In this document: one piece after another, positions 10,300 through 22,895 of the stretch
Layout of the letters: each line of letters begins with the position of its first letter
How positions within the stretch are numbered: the first letter of the stretch is position 1
Origin: Squalus acanthias
Taxonomy: Eukaryota
Direction: 5' to 3'
Assembly (NCBI GenBank): GCA_030390025.1
Contig: CM059432.1
Span: forward strand, 63,676,001-63,740,000
Length of the DNA stretch: 64,000 bases
Position numbers and translations under genes: made by a program
Notes under the pieces: model-generated
Told to the model about the DNA's origin: nothing
Databases searched by the model: none
What the model saw: the letters and a program-made list of their open reading frames with translations, nothing else

Positions 10300-12600
10300 A
10301 AATAAAAGAAATTGGACATCGGCAAAAACCTGCCTGTGTAACGGTGGGCTCGGGTTTACGGCAGTTGAAAATGGCCACAGTGCTACCGGGTAAAAATTTG
10401 CGCTGGGGGCTAATGATTTTTACCCCAGCGCTAACTTACAGTGTAACGCACTCCTGGTGGCATTAGTGGAAGAATCCGACCTGAAGTTAGAGTCCACGAG
10501 TGGCATTCCAGCTTCTGGGAGCAAGGTTGTGGAGTTCGCAAGGAATTGTGGGCAATTAAAAGGGAAAAGAATTAAAGGGGCAATGCATTCAGCACTACTA
10601 AAAATTAAAATTAAGTGAAAAATGCAGTTTTCAGTGCTTACTGTCTTTCAAAAAGAAAAAAAATTAACATTAAAAAGAAGTTCAAAATGGGAGTCTCAGC
10701 ACTTAAAGCTGACTTGCCTTCCGAACCTCAAAAAATGGGAAAAATGCTTCAGCACTAACACAAATGGCTCAGCAAGTCAGGGAAGGGGCTCTCAGGGTCT
10801 CGCATGCTTTGTGCAGGGGATAAACACTGCAAGAGACTACCCACAGGGGCCAGGAGGCCCTCCAGAAAGAACGATGTGGGACTACATCACTGAGGCCGTC
10901 ACTGCCAGCAGTGTCACCCCCACCACCTGGCTCCAGTGCCCAAAGAAGCTTCATGACCTCAGACCACTGGTCAAGGTCAGTGAATGCATCTTCAAAAGCC
11001 GTCTCCTACCAACTGCATCACTAGCCTCACACACTGCTCAATGCACGACTCCCCCCCCGACTGCCCCCGCCATCAATCACCAACCAACACGAGGCACACC
11101 TCTCATTCCTAGCTTCACCTCACCCCCTTGTAGGAGACGGTGCTGGCCATTCTTGGCAGGGGCATGGTTGAGCCCTAGGCCAGTGGTGGGGCTGAAAGGA
11201 TAAAAGATGCTGGTATCCTCATATGTTTTCTTCCTTCACGCATGCACCTCTTGCTTTCCTGCCCTCCCTCACCACAACTCCACCCTTGTGCTTTCCTCAT
11301 TTCACACACCCAAAAAATGCAGCCTGCCCAGCCAGTGGTTGACCAAAAAGAGGGAGAGAAGAGTGAAGAAGGAGGAGGAGGAAGAGGGAGAGGAGAGTGG
11401 AGGAGAAGGAAGAGGAGGAGAGTGGTGGAGGAGGAGGAGGAGGAAGAGGAGCAGCAGAAGAAGAAGAATCGATTTGACACTCCCAGCCACCAGCTCCTCA
11501 AGGTCCACCAGCAAGGAAATGTACAGTGACCTCACTGAAAGTCAGCAGCCTTCCACCAGTCATGATGCAGCCACTGGGGTAGCACTGTGTGACATCAGTA
11601 GGATAGGCAAAGGCACACACAAGACAGTCACTAAGGGAATGCATACGGGTGATGAGTTGATTTCTTGATGTCATATTGGATGGATACATGTATATAGTTG
11701 GGTTGGAAAATTTGCATTGTGGTGGCTTTTATTTCAGCATTGTGGCCAAGAGGACACTGTGATGGTCAGTAACAGAGGGAAGGTAAGGTGCGGGACTAAT
11801 GATGAAAAGGGAATTGGGGTTGTGGTCACTGGAACCTCGGGCAGATGATTCCAGCTCAGATATCCCGGCAAGAAAGGGGCTGTCTGGGTTGTACCCTTCC
11901 TTCTGCTTCCTCCTCTTCGGCTTCCTCCTCTTTGGTTTTTTCCTCTTCTGTTTTTTTCCTATTCTGTGACTTCCTCTTTCCTCTTCGAGTGGATGTTGTA
12001 AATCTTGAAATAAAAGCACAAAATTCTGGAAATACTCAGCAGGTCAAGCAACCTCTCGACCTGAGATGTGAACACTGTTTCTCTCTCCACGGATGTTGCC
12101 TGACCTCCTGAGTATTTGCAGCATTTTCTGTCTTTTCAGAGGCCTTCCTTTACTATCCGAGGCTTTGCAAGCATCCAGCAGCACACCCTATACACTTAAA
12201 AAACTTTTAACATTTAATGCAGCAAGCCACGACTTCAGTAAAATAAAAAAAAAACAGTCCAAAAGCTTAAATGCAAACTTACCTGAAAGATGTGTGTGTC
12301 CCTTTATGAGGTGTTAACAGTGCCTCTGTCAGTTTGCTTGCACGCTGGGTTTACCTGGTATTCTTAGGACCCAGCGCTGAACTCAGCGCTTGGGTCAAAG
12401 TTCGCCATGGTGACGTTAAGTTGTTGTTGCATGCTGACTGACGTCACCACAACGCCATTTTTCTTTGCAAGGTGATACTACTTAACAGCAGCGCTACCGG
12501 GCTCTCGAAAATGGAGGTGACCGCGGGATCCACCACCAACCACCGCTTTCTCAACATTACACCGCACTAACAGGCGGCGATAAGGTAGGGAATTTCTCCT
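10300..12600 (+). mobile_element. Non-autonomous Harbinger derivative (decayed Myb-gene exons, short transposase remnant, captured Penelope hairpin)
   Basis: Colinear with 48095-52740 apart from the nested insert; Myb-like MWDYITEAVTASSVTPTTWLQCPKKLHDL at about 10873-10960; termini degraded. Confidence 0.75.
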
Positions 12601-12889
12601 CCTTTATACTCTAATTAGTGGGTTAGTTACTTCTTTAGAGTTTTATTTTTTTTTCCTTCTGGAAGTGATAAAAATTCTTTCTTCAAAATGAAGGGACCAA
12701 GGTCAAGGCTACAACTTTAAGGCAGAAATATTAATTAAAGTAGGAAATGGAAAACAAGAAGTGCAAATACTCAATGGTCTCTGTATCTCAGGAGGTGCTA
12801 CTATAGCAGGAAGCTAGTAAGTATTTGCCAGTCAATAAACCAATGGGTGCATGTATGTGGGTATGCATGTGAGGGGTACTGATGTTAGA

Positions 12890-15800
12890 CTAACCGGTTT
12901 GTAGTTCCCTGTTTCCTCTCTCCCTCCTTTTTTTAAATAGAGGGGTTACATTTGCCACCCTCCAATCTGCAGGAACTGTTCCATAATCTATAGAATTTTG
13001 GAAGATGACAACCAATGCATCCACTATTTCCATGGCTACCTCTTTTAGTACTCTGGGATGCAGATTATCAGGCCCTGGGGATTTATCGGCTTTCAGTCCC
13101 ATTAATTTCTCCTGCAATATTTTTTTCCTAATACTAATTTCCTTTAATTCCTCCTTCTCACTACACCCTTGGTTCCCTAGCATTTCTGGGAAGTTATTTG
13201 TGTCCTCTTCCATGAAGACATAACCAAAGTATTTGTTTAATTGCTCTGCCATTTCCTTGTTCCCCATTATAAATTCTCCTGTTTCTGACTGTAAGGGACC
13301 TACATTTGTCTTCACTAATCTTTTTCTTTTTACATACTTGTAGAAGCTTTTACAGTCCGCTTTTATGTTCCTTGCAAGTTTACTCTCGTACTCTATTTTT
13401 CCCCTCTGAATTAATCTTTTGGTCCTTTTTTGCTGAACTCTAAACTGCTCCCAATCCTCAGGCTTGCTACTTTTTCTGGCAACTTTATATGACTCCTCTT
13501 TGGATCTAATACTATCCTTCATTTCTTTTGTTAGCCATGGTTGGGCCGCTTTTCCTTTTGTGTTTTTGTGCCAGAAAGGAATGTATAACTGTTGCAATTC
13601 ATGCATTCGTTCCTTAAATGTTAGCCATTGCCTATCCACCGTCATACCTTTTAATGAAGCTCCCCAATCTATCATAGCCAACTCACTCCTCATACCTTCG
13701 TAGTTTCCTTTGTTTAGATTTAGGACCCTAGTTTCGGATTCGACTTCTTCACTTTCCATCTTAATGAAGAATTCTATCATGTTATGGTCACTCTTCCCTA
13801 AAGGACCCCTCACAACAAGATTATTAATTAACCCCTTTTCATTGCACAATACCCAATCAAGTATGTACTGGTCTAAAAAACCATCTTGTACACACTCCAG
13901 GAATTCATCCTCCACAGTATTATTGCTAATTTGGTTTGGCCAGTCTATATGTAAATTAAAGTCACCCATGATTACTGTAGTACCCTTGTTACATGCATCT
14001 CTAATTTTTTGTTTGATCCCATCCCCTACATTACCACGACTGTTTGGAGGCCTATAGACAACTCCCACCAATGTTTTCTGGCCCTTGGTGCTTCTTAGCT
14101 CCACCCAGACTGATTCTGCATCTTGATTTTCTGAGCTATTATCCTTTCTCACTATTGCTCTGACTTCATCCTTTACTAACAATGTCACCCCACCTCCTTT
14201 TCCTTTTTGCCTGTCCTTCTTAAATATCGAATATCCTTGGATATTCAGTTCCCAGCCTTGGTCACCCTGCAGCCATGTCTCCGTAATCGCAATTATATCT
14301 GTATCCGTTTACATCTATTTGCTCTGTTAATTCATCTACCTTATTACGAATGCTTCGTGCATTCAGATACAGTGCCTTTAGATTTGTCTTTTTAACATTT
14401 TTAGACATCTTAACATTTTTTTGTACTATTGCCCTATTTGTCTTATTACCATTTTTTCTTACCTGGACCCTATTTGTTAGTGCACTCCTTTGTTTGTACG
14501 TTCTGTTCCTTCCTGACATAACCTGGTTACCCTTACCCCAATCACTTTCCTGCACTGCTTCCTTGTCTTTTCTCTTTAGCATTCTAGATTTCTCTCCACT
14601 GGGACCCTCCCCCCCCCCTTATTTAGTTTAAAGCCCTATCTACCTCCCTAGTTATTTGATTTGCTAGAACTCTGGTACAAGCATGGTTCAGGTGTAGTCC
14701 ATCCCAACAGAACATAGAAACATAGAAACATAGAAACTAGGAGCAGGAGAAGGCCATTCGGCCCGTCGAGCCTGCTCCACCATTCAATACGATCATGGCT
14801 GATCATCCAAATCCAGTACCCTGTCCCTGCTTTCTCACACAGAATCCCCATCGAGCCTGCACCGACACATATCCCACCCTATCCCCGTAACCCCACGTAT
14901 TTAATTCCCCCTAACATATCCCTTTCCCTCTCCCTTTCCCCAGTACTGGTGCCAGTGCCCCACGAATCGAAACCCACTTCTCCCACACCAATCTTTGAGC
15001 CACGCATTCATCTCCCTGATCCTATTGACCCTATGCCAAATTTACTCGTGGCTCCAGTAATAATCCAGAGATTATGACCTTTGTGGTTCTGCTTTTTAAT
15101 TTAGTCCCTAGCTGCTCAAACTCTCTCAGCAGAACCTCGTTCTTTGTCCTACCTATGTCGTTGGTACCTACGTGGACCACGGCAACTGGATCCTCCCCCT
15201 CACACTCCAAGCTCTTCTCCAGCCTGGAGGAGATGTCCTTTACCCTGGCACCGGGTAGGCAACATAGCCTTCGGGACTCACGCTCCTGGCTGCAGAGAAC
15301 AGTGTCTATCCCCCTAACTATACTGTCGCCTACTACAACCACCATCCTTTTTACTCCCCCCACTTGAACGGCTTCCTGTACCACGGTGTCGTGGTCAGTT
15401 TGCTCGTCCTCCCCGCAGTCTCCGCACTTGTCCACAAGGGTTGCAAGAACCTCGAATCTATTGGACAAGTGCAGGGACTGAGGCTCCTGCAATACTACCT
15501 CCTGGATCTCCGTACCTGCCTCACTCGCAGTCACACCCTCCTGTTCCTGACCATGTGTCAATTCTAAAATATTTAATCTAAGGGGTGTGGCTGCCTCCTG
15601 GAGCAAAAGGTCCAGGTAACTTTCTCCCTCCCTGATGTCTGCAATGTCTGCAGCTCAGACTCCAGCTCCTTAACTCGGAGCCGAAGTTCCTTGAGCTGCA
15701 GACACTTCCAGCAGATGTAGTTGCCCTGGACAAAAATGTCCACAAGCTCCCACATATTGCAGCAGCAACACATCTCCTGTTCTCCCATTATTTTATTTAT

Positions 15801-16148
15801 TTAATTAATTAGTTTAGTGTTAATCAAATTATTTACCTCGTTTAGTTTATTAAATTAATTAAATTAAGTTTAGTTTTAAAATTTAGTTATACGTTATATG
15901 TTAACTTAAAACTTAGCCCACAGTCACTAACAATCACTTACCTGCCTTACCTGTGATGTCACACTGCCATTTTCTCTTGTTGATGCAGGTCTGCTGCTGC
16001 TTTTATCCCCACTCTCGGGCCTCAGTCTGCTCACGCTCAGGTCTGCTGCCGCTCTGCAGGAGAAGTTAGGAAAAGCAAGCACCTCCTTCCTCCACTTCAC
16101 CGAACTCCCACACTTACCAAAATCCCAGTTGTTCACTCTGTGCTCGCT
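12890..16148 (-). mobile_element. CR1 LINE, 5' part (5'UTR, ORF1 zinc-finger/leucine-zipper + SGNH esterase, ORF2 APE endonuclease), 3'-truncated
   Basis: ORF1 C..C..W / C.KC and VVGDSIVRG, CLPGARVKD, VHVGTND (15031-15788); ORF2 YLNARSI, VYRPPN, MGDFN, SDHN, KSPGPD..HPRVLKE (12890-14400). Confidence 0.9.
14711..14921 (-). mobile_element. 3' half of HE1/V-SINE inserted in CR1
   Basis: Reverse complement of about 43960-44137 with (TTCTATGT)n tail. Confidence 0.8.
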
Positions 16149-16226
16149 GGGAATCAAGGAGAGACTGGGAAAACAGGGCTCAGGGGAAAGATGAAGACTG
16201 GGGAATGGGGGCTTGGGAGGAGAGAT

Positions 16227-16415
16227 GGAGAATGGGGAATCAGGGGAAAGCTGGAGACTGGGTATAGGGGCGCAGGGGGAGAATGGAGAATGGGGAATCA
16301 GGGGAAAGCTGGAGACTGGGTATAGGGGCGCAGGGGGAGAATGGAGAATGGGGAATCAGGGGAAAGCTGGAGACTGGGTATAGGGGCGCAGGGGGAGAAT
16401 GGAGAATGGGGAATC
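16227..16415. repeat. 58-bp tandem repeat, about 3.2 copies
   Basis: Unit GGAGAATGGGGAATCAGGGGAAAGCTGGAGACTGGGTATAGGGGCGCAGGGGGAGAAT at 16227, 16285, 16343. Confidence 0.9.
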
Positions 16416-17483
16416 GGGGTGAAAAATGGAAACTGGTAATGGGGACTCGGGGAGAGATGGGGAATTAGGGGATGGGAGGTTGTGGGAGAAAAGGGGCCTA
16501 GTGGTTGGGGGATTGGGGCTCAAGCAAGGGGAGGAACTGGGTTTGGGGTGGGCGTGGGAACCAGAATTAGCAACGTGGTGAGTGGGAGCGGCACTGAGAG
16601 GAGCAGCCAGTAAAGAGGTGAGTGAAACCCAGAGACCTTACTGTGGATAAATAATGAAAGGTTATTTCCACTGGTGGGCGAATGGGGAACTAGGAAATGG
16701 AAAACAAGGGTTCTCACTGGAAGAAACAAGAGGGAAAGGAGGAGGAAAGTTCTTGAACTGAGGGCTATTAGATCATGGCCTACTTCACCACATGTGGCTA
16801 TTTGAAGTAGAGACTAAAACTTTGCTTCAAAGGGAATGGGACATATATTTGAAAAGGAGGAATATAAAAAGATCGTCATGCTGTTGGAATGGGATTCCTC
16901 CTGTGCTGAAATTTCTATAATTCTACGAAAACTTTCCTTTTTGAGTCTGAGCTCAGGAAGTGGTTTAGAAATTTTGGCTCTGAGCTGAGTTTAGGACCAT
17001 GTGCCCTGTGTGAAGTGCCCCAAACACTGAGCCCGCTGCCCTTTGTGCGGTCTCTCGGTTTGGTTCAGGTCAGTCTGTGCCACTCGGTTTTTACGTGTGA
17101 AGTCCAAGTGCAGATCAGCTCTGACTGAGCCTCCCAGAGCAGAATTGTCACCTTCAAACGGAACCAGAATCCAAGGAGATAGGGAGAGATCGGGCCTGTT
17201 AAAAGTGGTTAGCCTGAACGCACCTCAGGGTGAGTATCAGCGGGTTACAGGATTACTTCTAGTTACAGGTAGGATATTGTGGCATTACACTTATTACTAC
17301 CAGTTACATATAGACTATCAGTGAGTTATTGTATTACTGTTGGTTATGATGGGAATCTGAGTATTACCAGTATTATTATTAGTTACCAGCGCAATTTCAG
17401 TGAGTTACCTTTAGTTACTGGTGGAATCAAAGTTCTTTCCACCTCTTGTTTCCCCTCTATGAATCGTTCACCCACCTTCAGAT

Positions 17484-18231
17484 TCCCCACCCTCGGTTTC
17501 CCCTCCCCCCCACCCTCGGTTTCCTCTCCTCCCCACCCTCGGTTTCCCCTCCTCCCACCTTCGGTTTCCCCTCCTCCCACCCTCGGTTTCCCCTCCTCCC
17601 CACCCTCGCTTTCCCCTCCCCCCCACCCTCGGTTTCCTCTCCTCCCCACCCTCGGTTTCCCCTCCTCCCACCCTCGGTTTCCCCTCCTCCCCACCCTCGG
17701 TTTCCCCTCCTCCCCACCCTCGGTTTCCCCTCCCCCCACCCTCGGTTTCCCCTCCTCCCCACCCTCGGTTTCCTCTCCTCCCCACCCTCGCTTTCCCCTC
17801 CTCCCCACCCTCGGTTTCCCCTCCTCCCCACCCTCGGTTTCCCCTCCTCCCCACCCTCGGTTTCCCCTCCTCCCCACCCTCGGTTTCCTCTCCTCCCCAC
17901 CCTCGCTTTCCCCTCCTCCCACCTTCGGTTTCCCCTCCTCCCACCCTCGGTTTCCCCTCCTCCCACCCTCGGTTTCCCCTCCCCACCACCCTCGGTTTCC
18001 TCTCCTCCCCACCCTCGGTTTCCTCTCCTCCTCACCCTCGGTTTCCCCTCCTCCCCACCCTCGGTTTCCCCTCCTCCCACCCTCGGTTTCCCCTCCCCCC
18101 CACCCTCGGTTTCCTCTCCTCCCCACCCTCGGTTTCCCCTGCTCCCCACCCTCGGTTTCCCCTCTTCCCCACCCTCGGTTTCCCCTCCCCCCCACCCTCG
18201 GTTTCCCCTCCCCCCCACCCTCGGTTTCCCC
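17484..18231. repeat. 22-24-bp C-rich minisatellite, about 33 copies
   Basis: Unit CCCCACCCTCGGTTTCCCCTCCT with small variants; explains the overlapping low-complexity ORFs in several frames. Confidence 0.95.
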
Positions 18232-18439
18232 TGTCGTCAGAATGTCACGTGATCAAACGTCCAGGAATGTCTCCAACCCGAGTTGGTAACTCTAATCGAC
18301 ATAGATATAAATCATGGATGGTGGGGTCAAGAGAATAGGGGCAATTTCCAGGATGAACAGGGCTGTTGCAGCCGGGGCTAAGGCAGACAGGAAGCTGTCC
18401 AGCCCATCTACAGAATGAGGTCTGGGAGATTTTAACTAC

Positions 18440-18948
18440 GAGGGCAAATTATTGACCTGGTTAGGAGATTGGCTGAGCGGCAGGACACAGAGAGTAAGGA
18501 TAATAGGCAGATACTCAAATTGCCAGGATGTGATTAGTGGTGTCCCACAGGGATCTGTGTTGGAGCCTCAACTATTCACTGTATTTATTAACGACTTAGA
18601 TGACGGGATAGAAAGCCACATATTCAAATTTACTGATGACACAAAGATAAGTGGCATTCTAAGCAGTGTAGCTGGAAGTAGAAAATTTCGAAGAGCTATT
18701 AATAGATTAAGTGACTGGGCCAAACTGTGGCTAATGGATTTCAATATAGGCAAGAGTGAGGTTATCCACTTTGGACATAAAAAGGATAGCTCAGAGTACT
18801 TTCTAAATGGTGAAAAGCTAGAAGCAGTGAAGGTCCAAAGAGACTTAAGGGTCCACGTGCGTAGACCATTAAACTGTCATGAACAGGTACAAAAAATAAT
18901 CAAAAAGGCTAATGGAAGCTGGCCTTTATATCTAGAGGACTAAAATAC
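18440..18948 (+). mobile_element. CR1 RT fragment
   Basis: SGVPQGSVLEPQLFTVFINDLD, KFTDDTK, EVIHFG. Confidence 0.85.
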
Positions 18949-19821
18949 AATTGTGTTACTACTACAAACATTTTGTAAAACAACTTCACACACAACAATA
19001 GCATTTCTATTTTTTTCCTGGTCAAACATACTTGAAATTGGTCAGAAATTTCAAAAATACTAATTGTTGATGTGATTGCCTCATGTCTGGAACTAGAGGC
19101 TTTCACACAATTTACACCAACCAGAATTTCACCATGGCCACAATAAAAGTCTGGTTGAAACAGGTTAGTTAACCTCAATAACTCCAATTCAATTCAAACC
19201 AATATCTCAAACTAACCAGTACCGCTTGAAAAAGAAACATTCATACAAGTTTTTTCAGACATCACTACACTAAAAGTAAAGAAGGGACAGAACTTTTCCT
19301 TTTCTCCTTTCATTTTTTTTTCACCATAGGCTACTTGTCAAAAACTTAGAAAGTGGGCGTCTCGGACTTGCAGTAACCAAATTAGGAAGACAGTGCTTTG
19401 TAAACGTTCAAATTGATTTAAAATCAAATCAAACAACAGCTATTTTTTTTGTAATCCAATGAAAATGAAATACTTTCAAAAAGTCCAAATTCATTTTCTA
19501 CCAGACACGATTAAAAACCATGGTAACCGTAACTTCAAGGCTGAAGTTTATCTTTTGTAAAACGAACTGCCTCTGATTTACAGTTTGCTACACAAGCTGT
19601 CCCAGTCAAAATATATCCACAGCAGTGTCTTTAATTTAAACTGCAAATCACAAAGTTTCTCCCACTTTGAGGTGCACAATCTTAAATTGAAATGAACATA
19701 TTTAATACATCCCTACTTTAATACACACTTTCACACAAACTGAAATTCCAGCATCCTTTAAGGTTCCTTTCACTCAGCAAATCTTATGTTTTATTTGTCT
19801 CAGCACAGTCGATAAAACTTT

Positions 19822-20667
19822 GGGGGTGATTTTGCCAGCCCTGGGGAGGCGGGTTTGGAGGCGGGACTGCCGGGAAAATGGCAGAATCTGGGAGCGCGTA
19901 CCCATTCCGCCCCAACCCGCCTCCGTGCCATCTTCCCAGGAGGCGGGTACCCGACCCACGCTGGGTCCCGTCTCCTCGAGGCGGGAAGGGGATTACAGCC
20001 ACTTAACTGCCTGTTAACAGGTAGTTAACAGGCAGTTAAGAGGATTATCCCCATTTTTCCAACAGAACTGCGGGCTCCCCAACGTCGGGAAACCCCGCCA
20101 GGGTCAGCGACGCAAGCAGTGCATCTGCGGGGGTCAGAGGGTTCGAAAAGTGCGCTGTGGAGGTGAGTGATGGGTGCAAGTGTGGAGAAGTAAGTATGTG
20201 AGGTGAGTGAAAAGTGTTAGAAATAGTTTACTTACCTTTGTTTCTTCCTGCAGGCTTCAATCGTTGGGGATCCGGAGGCTCCAGCATCTCCACGGCAGAG
20301 ATGACAGAATGTCTGCTGCATTCTCCGATGCAACAGCCATCTGATTTCTGCTCAGGAAAAAGGTTTGGTGAGTTTTGAGTAGAAGAACTCACCAAACAAC
20401 AGAGATTGTCAGTATTTGACAGCTTCTCAAAGCTGTCAAACAATGACATTTCATCTGTCAAAATTTTTTGACAGATCAAACGTCATATGCTGACGTTCTC
20501 TGTCACTAGCTATCCCTTAATTGGCCTGCTAAACCCACAGATCAGGCTTAACAAGGTCAATCAAGGGAAAATAGCATGGGTTGGCCAGACGTCGATGGAG
20601 GCAGGACTGAAACCCGACAAGCAGCAGTCCCGCCTCCAACATACCCCCATTGATAAAATTCCCCCCC
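19822..20667. mobile_element. Non-autonomous Harbinger-type element (~0.84 kb); inverted homologue of 54921-55755
   Basis: Ends GGGGGTGATTTT...AAAATTCCCCCC; internal palindrome TTAACTGCCTGTTAACAGGTAGTTAA; colinear with the reverse complement of 54921-55755. Confidence 0.75.
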
Positions 20668-21354
20668 TCAAAGTTTCCTTTTTTCCTTCTTTTAAATTGT
20701 CATCTCAGCAGCTTTCCCTGGCTCCCCAAATCCCTGTTTTTTCTCTTCCTTTGCTGAGTTTTCAGCTTGGTTAGCCTGCAACTTAGATCTTTTCCTCTCT
20801 TTATCTCCCACTCCTTAATTACATTCAGTGTGGTCCCCACGAGCACTCCATTCCTCTAGAGCCTATTTCTGGGTGACCCTAAATGCAACCTTCAGGTCCT
20901 CATTGATCTTTTCTGCCTGCTCTGACCGATGTCTCTGTTTGGATAATTCTTTTGACAAGGCATCGCACTGATTCTGATTATTTATACACTGGCTCTCGAG
21001 TTGTTGTTCTTTATTACATCACCTCTCCTCCTGTTCTAACTTTTCCTTGAGTCTGTTTCTATGTTCCCTTTCTCCATCTGTTTCTTTCCTTAATTGATCT
21101 TTACACTTTCATCAGATTTAACCTGCCTCTGATAGGCCAATAAACAAACAGATTTCCTTAACCTTTGCTGACACATGGACCCTTGGGTCCACTGTTCAGC
21201 CTCCAATAATGGATCATCACTGTCTATAATGACCCGTACCCACCCCTCCCTGAGGGGTAACTTCCCCGTCACATATTTTGTGACTAACTCATCCATCGTC
21301 TTTGCCATTGTTTGTTCTGAACAAGTCCTGTTCGGGCACCAATTAACTGTAGGG

Positions 21355-21845
21355 GTTAGAAGTCATGCTACAGCTATACAAAGCCCTGGTTAGACCACAC
21401 CTGGAGTACTGTGTTCAGTTATGGGCAGCACACCTTAGGAAGGATATATTGACCTTGGAGGGAGTGCAGTATCGATTTACTAGAATGATACCTGGACTCC
21501 AAGGGTTAAATTACGAGGAGAGATTACACAAACTAGGGTTGTATTCCCTGGAATTTAGAAGATTAAGGGATGATTTGATCGAAGTTTTCAAGCTATTAAG
21601 GGGAACAGATAGGGTAGATAGAGAGAAACAATTTATGCTGGTTGGGGAATTTAGGACTAGGGGGCATAATCTAAAAATTAGAGCCAGGCCTTTCAGGAAT
21701 GAAGTTAGGAAACACTTCTACACGCAAAGGCTGGTAGAAGTTTGGAACTCTCATCCGCAAACAGCAGTTGATGCTGGTCAATTGATAATTTTAAATCTAA
21801 GATTGATAGATTTCTGTTAACCAAAGGTATTAAGGGATATGCGGC
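21355..21845 (+). mobile_element. CR1 ORF2 3' fragment
   Basis: [49 protein letters not shown]. Confidence 0.85.
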
Positions 21846-22895
21846 AAAGACAGTGCAGGACGTTCTGATTGTCTGACAGTTTATAGAGTTCAGACCCGTG
21901 GAACAGACAACATAAAACCCAGACAATGTGTGAAACTTCCTTTACCTAAAAATCAGCAAGAGGTTACAAGTAATTCCCAGAATACAAACTGCACTCAATC
22001 CATGTCCTTATTACAAGCACCTAAAACCATTGACTTTAAGCTCAGGTGATTATAAGCAAAACCACATCTATGCTATCACCAGATGAGAGGTCAATTTAAC
22101 GATGACTAGACGTATGACTTTAACTGGCAACTGACCAGGTCACCATCGACTATAGCCCCGAATGTCAGTGTCCAGTAACACTTATACCCAAAAACTTGGC
22201 AACTTGCCCACAGCATTCATGTCCCAAACTGTGTGGATAATGTTGTTTTCCTCTCTCTCTCTCTCTCTTCCTATCTGTTTTGACGATTAGTTAACCAAGG
22301 CCAGACATTCAAGGATTGGAGAGAATCATTGTTTTTCACATCTGCAGGGTTGTTGACTCATGGTTCTCAGAATTTTCAAGATCATGGGGGAAAAATTCAG
22401 TTGGTTGCGCCTCCCGTTAGCGCCTTAAGAGGGCGCTAATGGGGCGCAAAGCAGCTAGCGCCCGGGTGCAGCGATGTTTGCGCCGCTCGCGAACTTAACT
22501 AGACATTTTGCGGCGGCGCTAAACTTTATCGCCGCGATCTCCTGCGCGTGCAGATTGTGACGTCATACGAGAGTGCAACGCCCTTGTGGCGCCCCGGAGC
22601 AGAATTTCAGTGGCGCCCCCATCCTTACCGCCTGGCGCATCCAACGACCAGAAGAGTGGAACGCTAACAATCGCTGTGGGGCTGGGGGGAGCGCTATTTA
22701 AAGGGGGCCTCTTCCTGTCTTTCTCTGTGGTTGACATTTTTGCACCACTCGTTCTGAAAGAGAGAGAGAGATTCGGAGAGAGAGAAAGAGAGACTTCTGC
22801 ATTGAGTCAACGCTGTGTGAGGTAGTTTTGGCTACTCATCCTAACTTCGCTGGTACTTTGGTTTCTGGCCTTCATAACTTTGCTTGCTAAGAGAT

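Noticed and set aside
11175..11668. Poly-Glu/Arg/Ser ORFs (also 48997-49885)
   Set aside because: Low-complexity tracts in decayed Harbinger genes
17484..18231. CRISPR-like array
   Set aside because: Head-to-tail units with no unique spacers; eukaryotic context and no cas genes
17279..18289. Five long overlapping Pro- or Gly/Arg-rich ORFs
   Set aside because: Produced by a stop-free minisatellite; open on both strands in several frames
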